DNA of 64,000 nt from Leucoraja erinacea (Eukaryota). The notes beneath the pieces are model-generated. The model worked only from the letters and a program-made list of their open reading frames with translations. It was not told the DNA's origin and did not search any database. The position numbers and the translations under genes were made by a program. Shown one piece after another: positions 1 to 10,849 of this stretch. The stretch is from positions 22,196,001-22,260,000 of the forward strand of contig NC_073397.1 in the NCBI RefSeq assembly GCF_028641065.1, written 5' to 3'. Within the stretch, counting starts at the first letter, position 1; every line of letters begins with the position of its first letter.

Positions 1-1831
1 ACTGGGACTAGTGTGGGCCTGTGAAAGGTTCCATGCATACTTGTACGGCATTGAATTTGAACTTGTTACAGATCACAAGCCGCTGGAAGTTATCTATTCG
101 ACAAGGTCTAAGCCATGTGCCAGAATAGAACGTTGGGTGCCAAGACTCCAACAGTACAAGTACAAAGTAGCCCACATTGGCGGGAAAGCAAACATCGTGG
201 ACCCGCTGTCGAGACTGTCGAAAGTTGAACAGCTGGAAACAACATCCACGCTAGAGAGGGAAGCAGAGATCTTTGTGCCATTTGTTGCAATTCAGTCAAC
301 CCCAGGAGCTGTGACAACGTAAGAAGTTGAAAGGGAATCAGAACATGATCCTGAACTCAAAGATATCAGAGAGCGTATACAGAGTGGGCAATGGGATCAA
401 TGTCCTTACAAAGCATATGTTCCCATAAAAGATGAACTTTGTGTAATTGGTCAGTGTGTGCTGAGAGGTAGCAGATTGGTGATCCCGCATCATTAGCTCA
501 TGAAGGACATTTAGGCATTGTCGGTACTAAACAGAATTTGCGGTGGCCAGGTTGTGAGAAAGATGCTCAAAAATCTGTTAAGACATGTCATGGATGCCAA
601 ATCACAAGCAGGAGCAACCGACCAGAACCAACTAGAAGTACAAAGTTGCCAACGGGACCATGGGTTGACATAGCTGTTGACTTTCTTGGACCACTTCCAA
701 CAGGTGAATCAATTATGGTAGTGGTAGACTACTATAGTAGGTACTATGAGTATGCAGTGATGGTCAACTACAGCAGAAAAAACTGTACAGGCATTAGCAG
801 AAATTATCGCCAGACATGGATTGCCTGTTAAATTGTATTCCAACAATGGACCACAGTTTGTTTCTGAGACATTTGCTATCATGAGAATCACAGGTATCCA
901 TCATCGCAAGGTGACTCCGAAATGGCCACAAGCTAATGGAGAAGTAGAGAGACAAAACCAATCCATAGAGAAGAGGATCCGAATCGGCCATGCCAAAGGG
1001 AAAAACTGGAAGGAGGCACTGTTAGCATATGTAGCTGTATATCGGGCAATCACTCACTCAACGACAGGGAAAAGTCCAGCAGAAGCTTTGTTTGGAAGGA
1101 AAATTTGCACTAAAATACCAGAGGAGCGAGAGATTATGGAAGACCAAGGGATGAGAGACTGATGCCGAAAAGAAAGGTGCGACAAAATGGTATTCCGACG
1201 AAACGAGGAGCCAGGCACTCTGAAATAATGCCTGGGGATGATGTGCTTGTGAGGCGAGATGATGGTAGTAAGATAGACATTCCTTACCATTGCCAACGAT
1301 ACAATGTTGTACCGAGGAGCCGGAGCATGGTGACAGTCAAGTCTCCAAAAGGTGTTATCTACAAGAGGAATGTATCGAGCATTAAAAAATACGTGTCCGG
1401 GGACTCTCAAAATGAGTTAGCCCAAATTTCACCAAGAGTTACGGATCCAGTGGCAAGACGACATTTCTGAGGTGGTGACCAGAGTTCCAGAGGCTGCACG
1501 CTGCAATGCAGGTGGTGAGCAGAGACTCTGATGCTTCTGTGCCAACTGGTAGACCAAAACGTGAAAGGAGAATTCCCAAGCGATACGACGATTTTGTGTT
1601 GTAGATTATAATACTGTTATTATGAAGCTGTTTATTATAATATTGTTTATTATGAGCAAGGAGGTTATTAAAGGTACGAGACGTGTAAAAAGTTTTGTAG
1701 TTGTAATGCATCCAGTTTATAAGTTATTGGAACACAAATGAAAGCACAAATATGTCTTGTAAGAATTTAATTGGGAAGTATGTTAGGAAGAATACATGTT
1801 AATTTAAAGTTTAGGTCTGGTAAAGGAGGAA
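1..1831 (+). mobile_element. Gypsy/Ty3 LTR retrotransposon, degraded 3' part of pol (RNase H-like + integrase) and 3' UTR with polypurine tract
   Basis: Frameshifted ORFs 11-322 (ELVTDHKPLE..ARIERW, RNase H), 538-831 (CHGC zinc finger; GPWVDIAVDFLGPLP) and 821-1162 (SNNGPQFVS..WPQANGEVERQN..HSTTGKSPAE, integrase core). Purine tract GGTAAAGGAGGAA lies at 1819-1831, directly before the LTR. Confidence 0.9.
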
Positions 1832-2032
1832 TGTCATGACGATGACTCATGATGATGATATGTAAATAAGATGACCTCTGTATCAGATGACCTGGAGATC
1901 AGATCGGGTGGGGCTGTGTAAGCCAAGATGGAATCTGTGACTGTGAGTTAATAAACACAGAGAACAATGAATGTACCTCTTAATAATGTGTCAATATCAG
2001 TATTACTTCACATCTGCGGCCAGGATGTGACA
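1832..2032 (+). mobile_element. 3' LTR of the Gypsy element (~200 bp)
   Basis: Starts TGTCA right after the PPT, ends TGACA (terminal inverted repeat), internal AATAAA near 1950. Confidence 0.8.
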
Positions 2033-2229
2033 AGGGACAACACTACTACAAATATTATTTCACATGTCAGTTGTCTAGCACGTCTGACTTTAATCTGATG
2101 CAAAATTCAGTTTATTCAGTATTCAGAATATAAAAGCTCTGTCTGAACCATAAATGTTTTAATGTTTTCTCATTTAAAATAAAATTCCTCGTACTTTCTA
2201 TGTTGGCTCTGAACATTCCAATTGGTCTT

Positions 2230-2900
2230 GTTCCCCCCCCCTTTTTCCCCTGTATGCTGTTCTCTTTGGTAACCATCAACGCTTCCTTGTATCAATGTTG
2301 GGATGTTATTCGAAGGGATTCTGAGAGATGGGATCCATTTGGATTTGTTTAGGGATAGACTGCATGGCTTTTTGTGTAGGAAATCGTATCTCGCAAATAT
2401 ATGAAAGTTTTTGAAGCATTTGAAGAGCATTGTCTATGGCTTTGACAAGATCCCATATTTGGGCTATTTCCAAACGTTAGAAGATGTGAGATCTTGGGTG
2501 AGCCTGCCAGAATATAAAATCAGCTTGGTAGCAGGTGGTGGAGAGTTGTTTTTCAGTTTCGAGACACTCAAAAATGAATTGTGGCAATCTTGTGCCACAG
2601 AGCATGTGCTGAGTTCTCTATTGCTTGTCATTTATGATAATGAATTCGATGATAATATAGGTGACATAATTAGTAAATTTGCAGATGACATAAAAATTGG
2701 TGTTACTATGGACAGTGAAAAAGATAAATTTAATGTTACAATCATGTTTAATATTACAACAGGACATTGATCAACTAGTAAAGTGGACAAACAAATAGCG
2801 GATGGAATTTAATTCAGAAGTTCAATGTGATACATTTTGCGAAGTCAAACAAGTACAGGGCTTCCACTGTGAATGGCTGGGCCCCGGGGAGTGTGGTGGA
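2230..2900 (+). mobile_element. Old degenerate CR1 LINE RT fragment
   Basis: Residual motif IISKFADDIKIG in ORF 2411-2770; many disruptions; boundaries approximate. Confidence 0.7.
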
Positions 2901-3369
2901 ACAGACACTGAGAAATGCAACTGCAAAGTTTCCTTTGGGAGACATGATGGTTTACATTGGCAACGTGGGCAGAAAGTCCTGTTTCTACACTGTAGAACTA
3001 TATGATATTGATTCTCCTGCATCCTTGTTACAGTATGGACAACTTACAGTAGCCAGTTGGCTCACCAGCAAGTCTTTGAGATTTTGGAAGATGGGAATAC
3101 CTGGGGGAAATCCATGTTGTTACAGGGCAAATGTACAATCAGCACATCAGAATTGGTATGCTGAGGATGTGCAGCAGCAATAGCAACTGTTGTTATTGTG
3201 TCATTAATTACTAGTTTTTGAAAGTTTAATGAAAACCAAAACATATAAAACCTATTTGAATCCAAATTTAAATCCAGCTTTTTATCATCTCTGGATTTTG
3301 AAGCAGGAAATCGGAGGAGGTGTATGTCTGGTAGAGACAGCGGGAATCAAGCAAATCCCTTGGAGTAAA

Positions 3370-4600
3370 AGAAATGTTGAAGTACAGTTCTGAGAGAAAA
3401 CAGGTGGGCAAAAAGATGACATATCATGGACATGGTGGGAAGCTAGGGGAAAAAATTACAGGTGCCCTGGCAGAGATATTTGTATCAGCTTTAGCCATGA
3501 GTGAAGCACCAGAAGGTTATAGAGTGGTTAAAGTTTTGGCTTTTTTTTTTAAGAAGAGAAATTAGAAACCATAGAACTACAGGTTGGAAAATCTAAGATC
3601 AAAGTGAGAAAGTTACTGGTGGGCATTCTGAAGGACAGGATCTACCAGCATTTGGAAAGGCAAGGACTGATTTTGGATTGTCCGCACGCTTTGTGCATGG
3701 GAAATCATATCTCGCAAATTTGATCTTTTTAAAGAGTTTATCATGAGGATTGACGAGGGCAGGGTATTAGATGTTACCGACGTGCACATTAGCAAGGATT
3801 TAATGAGGTTCCACAGGGTATATGATTTATGTTATATGTTAGTACATTTTTAGTTAGTCAGTAAATGTTGGTACATCTTGTGTAAAAAAAAATAAATACA
3901 TAAAATCGAAGGTAAACTATCCAATCAAACACAAACTTGGAGATGCAAGGAGTCAGAGGGTGGTAATGGAGGATTGTTATTCAGATTGGTGGCCTGTGAC
4001 CAGTAGTGCGTCTCATACATTAATACGGGATCCACAGTTTTGTCATCTATATTAACAATTTGGAAGGTAATATTGTTAGAAGGGTAGTAAGTTTGCAGAT
4101 GACTCTGACATTGGTGGTGTAGTGAAGGAGATTAACTGAGATGACAAAATCTCTATGAACTTGCTGGGGAAGTGAGCTAAGAAATGGTAGATAGAATTTA
4201 ACTCTTGACAAATGTGAGGTGTGGTATTATGGTAAGTTAAACCAAGGCAGGTCTTGCACCATAAATGGTAGAACAGAGAAACTCAGGGTTAGGGACACAT
4301 AGTTCTCTGAAAGTAGCGGCGACATGAGTATACCGAGTCGCGAAGTAGCATGTGCACATCATCAAGATACTGAGTAATAACTTGCACAGTTGTAACATGC
4401 TTTCATGTTACAACTGAACAAGTTAGTCATGAGAATACACTTAGAGCGTTCTGTGCGTTTTCGGTCTCTGGCCTCTAATAAGAATGTTAGTAAGCTGGAA
4501 AGGGTGCAGAAAAGATTTGTGTCTCAAGGGTGTGAGGTATAAGTAGAAGCTATATAGACTAGGACTGGTTTCTTGTAGAGTAGGAGGTTGATAGGTTAAC
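3370..4600 (+). mobile_element. Old degenerate CR1 LINE RT fragment
   Basis: CR1-like remnants (GALAEIF..; gtaagtttgcagatgac = KFADD at ~4088; ctggaaagggtgcagaaaagattt); boundaries approximate. Confidence 0.65.
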
Positions 4601-4606
4601 TTATAG

Positions 4607-5896
4607 GCAGGCACGTGCCATGAGTAATTACTCGGGGTAGGCTGTCGGCTTTGAAAGAATCTTAAACCGCGCATGCGCAGATAGTTCTCCTCTCCGTAAG
4701 CTGTCAATCGACTTTTATAAAGTCTTCAATAGCCATATCTCTTAACAAAGTACTGTTTTTCCCGGCAATGAAGACGCACCTGCGTCGAAGACGCACCCTA
4801 GTTTTGAGTCGCTAAATTTTGAAAGAAGGCTGGCGGGCCATGGAATTTCTCAAAGTAACAATTCAATTTGCTCAAGGCTTCCAAGTCTCCTTCATTCTGA
4901 ATTACTGAGTGGGTAGGGGGCGACGGCAGGTGGAGAGATGGTGGGGAAAACGGGAGCACACCAGGACAAGTTGAATCAGTTGTGATCTTATTGAATGACA
5001 ATACTAGTTCAAGGGACCAATATGGGGGAGAGTTACTTTTACAGCGTGTGGGAAGTCTGGTCAGGGGTAAATGACAAGGAGAGCTGAAGACAGCACTTTT
5101 TCCTCACAGAGAGTGGTGAGTCTGGAATTCTCTGCCACACAGGGTGGTGGAGGCAGGTTCTCTGGATGCTTTCAAGGGAGAGCTAGATACGGCTCTTAAA
5201 AGTAGCGGAGTCAGGGGATATGGGGAGAAGGCAGGAATGGGGTACTGATTGGGGATGATCAGCTATTATCACATTGAATGGCATCCTCCTGCACCTATTG
5301 CCTATTGTCTAAAGTTGCGGGGAGGGCAGGAACGTTGAGAAGGAAGGGGTCGGAGATCATACCAGTAACCCACTCACTCATCGCTGCCGCGGCGCATCGG
5401 GCGAGGAACCACCGCATTGTGGCCATGGAGGAAAGTAGCTCGGGTGGCTGCGAGCGGCCGCCGGGACCTCAGCGCTTTCTGCCGGCCCGCTCACCTCTGG
5501 CAGTGCTCTCCGTCTGAACACCTCTCTCCTGCCGCTTGCCGGCCTCGCTCAAGTCAGCCGCTTCCTGCAAATCCTTAAATTCCGACTGCTGCTGGGAGCA
5601 GGACATGGCCTCATTTGCTGCGCTGGGTGACACTGCATGGCATTTACTGCCCGGTCCGTGTCTTTCAATGTAGACCGGACAGTGAGGGGACCAGCTCAAG
5701 AGCAAAGATCTTAGAGCGGGTCAGCGGGCGATGGATAACAGGACAATGGGCGGTGGAGCTTACTCCTGTGTCAGTGCAAACAAGGGACCAATTGAGGTTA
5801 CTCGCGCTGACACAGGAGTAAATCCCACTGCCCGCTGTCCTGTTATTCATTGCCCGCTGACCCTCTAGAGCTGGTTGCTGGCATGATCCCCGACCC
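4607..5896 (+). mobile_element. Composite GC-rich interspersed repeat, copy 1 (same family as 31805-32952); contains a CR1 3'-end insert (~5090-5310) and is truncated on the right
   Basis: Colinear similarity with 31805-32740 (caggcacgtg..gagtaattactc..gcgcatgcgcag..cccggcaatgaag..gttgctggcatgatccccgacccc). Confidence 0.75.
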
Positions 5897-6593
5897 CCAG
5901 AATGAAGAAGCAAAAACAGGTGTTTAGAAATGTTTGCAAAGTAATTAAAAAGAAATAACTGAAATATCACATATACGTAAGTATTCAGTCCCTTCGCTAT
6001 GACACTCAAAATTGAGCTTAGCTTCATCCTGTTTCCATTGATTATCCTTGAGATGTTTCTACAACTTGATTGGAGTCCACCAGTGGTAAATTAAATTGAT
6101 TGGACATGATTTGGAAAGGGACACACTTGTCAATATAAGGTCCCACAGTTGACAGTGCATGTCAGAGCAAAAGGTAAGCCATTAAGACGAAGGAATTGTC
6201 CGTAGACCTCCGAGACAGGATTGTGTCGAGACACAGATCTGGGGAAGGGTATAATTTCTGCAGCAATGCAGGTCCCGAAGAGCACAGTGGCCTCCGTCAT
6301 TCTTAAATGGAAGAAGTTTGGAACCACCAGGACTCTTCATAGAGCTGGCCGCCTGGCCAAACTGAGCAATTGGGGGAGAAGGTCCTTGGTCAGGGAGGTA
6401 ACCAAGAACCCGATGGTCACTCTGACAGAGCTCCAGTGTTCCTCTGTGAAGATGGGAGTATCTTTCAGAAGGACTACTATATCTGCAGCACTCCACCAAT
6501 CAGGCCTTTATGGTCGAGTGGCCAGACGGAAGCTACTCCTCAGTAAAAGTCACATGGCAGCCCGCTTAGAGTTTGCCAAACGGCACCTAAAGG

Positions 6594-8733
6594 CACCAAA
6601 CGCCTCAACTTCTCCACTCCCCTGTCTCACTCCAATCTCACCACATGAACGTTCTGCCATCGACTCACTCCGCAACAACCCAGATTTGGTTATCAAACCC
6701 GCTGACAAGGGAGGTGCCGTGGTAGTCTGGCGCGCCGATCTCTACAAAGCTGAGGCCACGCGCCAACTATCGGACACCTCCTCCTACTTACCCCTGGACC
6801 ATGACCCCACTGACGAGCACCAGGCCACCATCTCCAGCACCATCACCAACTTCATCCACTCCAATGCCCTACCCGACCGAGCCTCCAACCTCATCGTTCC
6901 CCAGCCCCGCACAGCCCGATTTTACCTTCTCCCTAAAATCCACAAACCTGACTGTCCCGGAAGACCCATTGTCTCCGCCTGTTCGTGCCCCACCGAACTC
7001 ATTTCCAAATACCTTGACTCCATCCTATCACCCTTGGTTAAATCCCTCCCTACCTATGTTCAAGACACCTCAGACACTCTCCGTCGTCTCCGCGCATTCA
7101 ATTCTCTAGGCCCTCACCCCCTCATCTTCACCATGGACGTCCAATCACTCTACACCTCCATCCCCCACCACGATGGTCTCATAGCCCTCCGGTTCTTCCT
7201 CGACCAGAGAAGCAACCTATACCCAGCCACTGACACTCTCCTCCGCCTAGCGGAGCTGGTCCTTACCCTCAATAACTTCACGTTCGACTCCTCCCATTTC
7301 CTCCAAATACAAGGCGTAGCTATGGGCACACGCATGGGCCCCAGCTATGCCTGCCTATTTGTAGGTTACGTCGAGCAATCCTTGTTCAATACATACCAGG
7401 ACCCCATCCCCGACCTCTACCTCCGCTACATCGACGACTGCTTTGGTGCCACCTCCTGCACCCGCACACAACTGACTGACTTCATCCACTTCACCACTAA
7501 CTTCCATCCGGCACTCAAATACACCTGGACCATTTCCGACACTTCCCTACCATTCCTTGACCTCACTATCTCCATTGCAGGTGATAGACTTCTGACCGAC
7601 ATACACTATAAACCCACTGACTCCCATGGCTATCTGGACTACACTTCTTCCCACCCTGCTTCCTGTAAGGACTCCATCCCCTACTCCCAATTCCTCCGTC
7701 TACGCCGCATCTGCTCCACGGATGAGGCGTTCCACACCAGGACATCTGAAATGTCCTCATTATTCAGGGAACGGGGGTTCCCCTCCTCCACCATAAATGA
7801 GGCTCGCCCCAGGGTCTCTTCCATACCCCGCAACATTGCTCTCTCTCCCCATCCCCGCACTCGCAACAAGGGCCGAGTCCCCCTAGTCCTCACCTTTCAT
7901 CCCACCAGCCGTCACATATAAAAAGTAATCCTCCGTCAGTTTCGCCACCTCCAACGTGACCCCACCACTCGCCACATCTTCCCATCTCCCCCCATATCTG
8001 CCTTCTGCAAAGACCGCTCCCTCCATAACTCCCTTGTCAATTCTTCCCTTCCCTCTCGGTCCACCCCCTCCCCGGGCACTTTCCCTTGCAACCGCAAGAG
8101 ATGCAACACTTGTCCCTTTACCTCCCCCCTCGACTCCGTTCAAGGACCCAAGCAATCGTTCCAGGTGCGACAGAGGTTTACCTGCAGCTCTTCCAACCTC
8201 ATCTATTGTGTCCGCTGCTCTAGATGTCAGCAGATCTATATCGGTGAGACCAAGCGGAGGTTGGGCGATCGTTTCGCCGAACACCTCCGCTCGGTCCGCA
8301 ATAACCAAGCTGACCTCCCGGTGGCTCAGCACTTCAACTCCCCCTCCCACTCCGTCTCCGACCTCTCTGTCCTGGGTCTCCTCCATGGCCACAGCGAGCA
8401 GCACCGGAAATTGGAGGAACAGCACCTCATATTCCGTTTGGGGAGTCTGCATCCCGGGGGCATGAACATCGAATTCTCCCAATTTTGTTAGTCCTTGCTG
8501 ACTCCTCCCCTTCCTCAGCCCCCCTGCTGTCTCCTCCCATCCCCCAGCCTTCGGGCTCCTCCTCCTTTTCCCTTCCTTGTCCCCACCCACCCCTGCCCCC
8601 GATCAGTCTGAAGAAGGGTTTCGGCCCGAAACGTTGCCTATTTCCTTCGCTCCATAGATGCTGCTGCACCCGCTGAGTTTCTCCAGCTTTTTTGTGTAAC
8701 CTTCGATTCTCCAGCATCTGCAGTTCCCTCTTA
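6594..8733 (+). mobile_element. Penelope-like retroelement (RT + GIY-YIG endonuclease), 5'-truncated and young, with a 12-bp target-site duplication
   Basis: RT motifs IKPADKGGAVVV, FYLLPKIHK, GRPIVS, MDVQSLYTSIP, GVAMGTRMGPSYA, YLRYIDD, LPFLDL. GIY-YIG domain NLIYCVRC..IYIGETKRRLGDRFAEH in the same frame after one TAA (7919-7921). GGCACCTAAAGG is duplicated at 6582-6593 and 8734-8745. Confidence 0.95.
8608..8636 (+). ncRNA. Minimal hammerhead-ribozyme-like motif in the Penelope 3' terminal repeat
   Basis: CTGAAGA-AGGG-TTTCGG-CCC-GAAAC-GTT matches the CUGANGA / stem II / GAAA core with a palindromic AACGTT stem III. Minimal hammerheads are a known feature of Penelope terminal repeats. Confidence 0.6.
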
Positions 8734-9544
8734 GGCACCTAAAGGATTCTGGGATCATGAGAAACAAGTTTCTCTGGTCTGATGAAACCAAGATTGAACT
8801 CTTTGGCCTGAATGCCAAGCATCATGTCTGGAGGAAACCAGACACCGCTCATCACCTGGCCAGTACCATACCTACGGTGAAGCATGGTGGTGGCAGCATC
8901 ATGCTGTGGGGATGTTTTTCAGCGACAGGAACTGGGAGGATAGTCAAGATCGAGGTAAAGATGAACGGAGCTAAATACAGAGAGATCCTTGATGAAAACC
9001 TGCTCCAGAGCGTTCAGGACCTCGGACTGGGGCGGAGGTTCACCTTTGAACAACAACCCGAAGCACACTGCCAAGGCAACGCAGGAGTGGCTTCGCGACA
9101 AGTCTGTGAATGTCCTTGAGTGGCTTAGCCAGAGCCTGGACTTGAACCTGAACGAACATCTCTGGAGGGACCTGAAAATAGTTTTGCATCGACGCTCTCA
9201 ATCCAACCTGACAGAGCTGGAGAGGATCTGCAGAGAAGAATGGGAGAAATTACCCAAATACAGGTGTGCCAAGCCAAGTATCATACCCAAGAAGGCTTGA
9301 GGCTGTAATCGCTGCCAAAGGTGCCTCAACAAAGTACTGAATAAAGGGTCTGAATACTTTTTTTATTTCTTTCTTTTTAATTACTTTGCAAAAATTTCTA
9401 AACACCTATTTTCCCTTTTTTATTATGGGCTATTGTGTGTAGATTGATGATAAAAAAAATCAATTGAATCCATCTCAGAATAAGGCCGTAACTTAATAAA
9501 ATAAGGAAAAAGTGAAGGGGTGTGAATACTTTCTGAATGCACTG

Positions 9545-9549
9545 TACAT

Positions 9550-9601
<52 letters not shown>

Positions 9602-10720
9602 ATTTCACTGCACCATAATGTTTGGGCCACATGGCTTCACAGGTGTTTGTAATTGCTCAGGTGTGATTAATTGACTAATTGACGCAGGTATAAGAGTTCT
9701 CAACACCTAATCTTTCCTCCAGTCTTTCCATCACCTTTGGAAACTTTTATTGCTGTCAACATGAGGACCAAAGTTGTGCCAATGAAAGACGAATAAGCCA
9801 TTATGAGACTGAGAAACAAGAATAAAACTGTTAAGAGACGTCAGCCAGACCTTAGACTTGCCAAAGTCAACTGTTTTGAACATAATTAAGAAGAAAGAGA
9901 GTACTGGAGAGCTTAAGGGGCTGTCCCACGAGCATGCGACTCCATGCGGCAAGCGCGACCTAACGTGGTCGCTTGAGCTGTAGGGCCTCGCGGGGCCGGT
10001 CCTACTTCGATCGCCGGAGCTGTATGGAGTTGTGCGGAGCTGGTCCCAACATCGCTCGGGGCTCCGAAAAAGTGACCGTGATCAAAAATTCCGCGAGGCA
10101 ACGGACTGCCGGCCCGCAGCCGCCTCAATGCCATATGCACCGCCTGGACGGACGTGCGCAGCAGCATCGCGACGTAGTATGCAGCGTCTTGACGCCATAC
10201 GTCACGCGCAAACTTCTCGCGGACTTCCCTCGAACTTCATGTCACTCACTCGACCTCCACGAGGCCCCCGCTTTCGATTTGGTCGCACTCGCCGCATGTA
10301 GGCGCATGCTGGTGGGACCGGCCCTGCACGGGGATCACTCGACCTCCGCGCGGCCCCCATTTCCGGTTTGGTCGCGCTTGCTGCATGCAGGTCGCATGCT
10401 CGTGGGACAGGCCCTTTACCAATCGCAAATGGGCTGGCAGGCCAAGGAAGACCTCAACAGCTGAAGACAGAAAATATATCTCTATAATAAAAATAAATCT
10501 CCAAACATCTGTCTGACAGATCAGAAACACCCTTCAAGAGTCAGGTGTGGATTTGTCAATGACCACTGTCCGCAGAAGAATTCGTGAACAGAAATACAGA
10601 GGCTCGCTGCAAGATGCAAACCATTGGTTTGCTGCAAAAATAGGATGGCCAGGTTCCAGTTTGCCAAGAAGGCAAATAAATAAATGATGGGTCTTTGTCC
10701 CAAACATTATGTAGGGCTCT
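9545..10720 (+). mobile_element. Tc1-like transposon (family B), internally deleted remnant, with a 50-nt poly-C and a Harbinger MITE inside
   Basis: Matches 25318-25870, 43107-44744 and 48188-49836. Right end ..GTCCCAAACATTATGTAGGGCTCTG then TA. C-run at 9552-9601. Confidence 0.85.
9916..10415. mobile_element. PIF/Harbinger-type MITE
   Basis: TIR AGGG(G/C)CTGTCCCACGAGCATGCGAC at both ends; 3-bp TSD TTA at 9913-9915 and 10416-10418. It interrupts the Tc1-B sequence gagctta|ctaatcgc. Confidence 0.85.
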
Positions 10721-10849
10721 GTATATAATCAAATCAGATAATACTCTAAATGAATACAATCATGCCAAACACAAGTACAAAAGGTAGAATGAAGAGAAAG
10801 ATTCCAGTGCAGAATATATTTCTAAGCATTATAACCTACATTTCCAGAT

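Larger units (their letters stand above)
5897..9544 (+). mobile_element. Tc1-like DNA transposon (family A), left TIR partly deleted, split by a Penelope insertion
   Basis: Transposase motifs: paired-like HTH (VPKSTVASVILKWKKFGTT..GR..KLS), [44 protein letters not shown]. The right TIR ends ..GAATGCACTG followed by TA (9545-9546). Matches the copy at 55159-56716. Confidence 0.92.

Noticed and set aside
5278-5890. GC/CpG-rich stretch upstream of the first visible exon as the Sowah promoter or first exon
   Set aside because: It is homologous to the repeat at 32270-32740 and has no SOWAH-like N-terminal peptide; treated as a mobile element.
7883-8590. 235-aa minus-strand ORF and other antisense ORFs over the Penelope element
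   Set aside because: Shadow frames of the C-rich Penelope coding strand.
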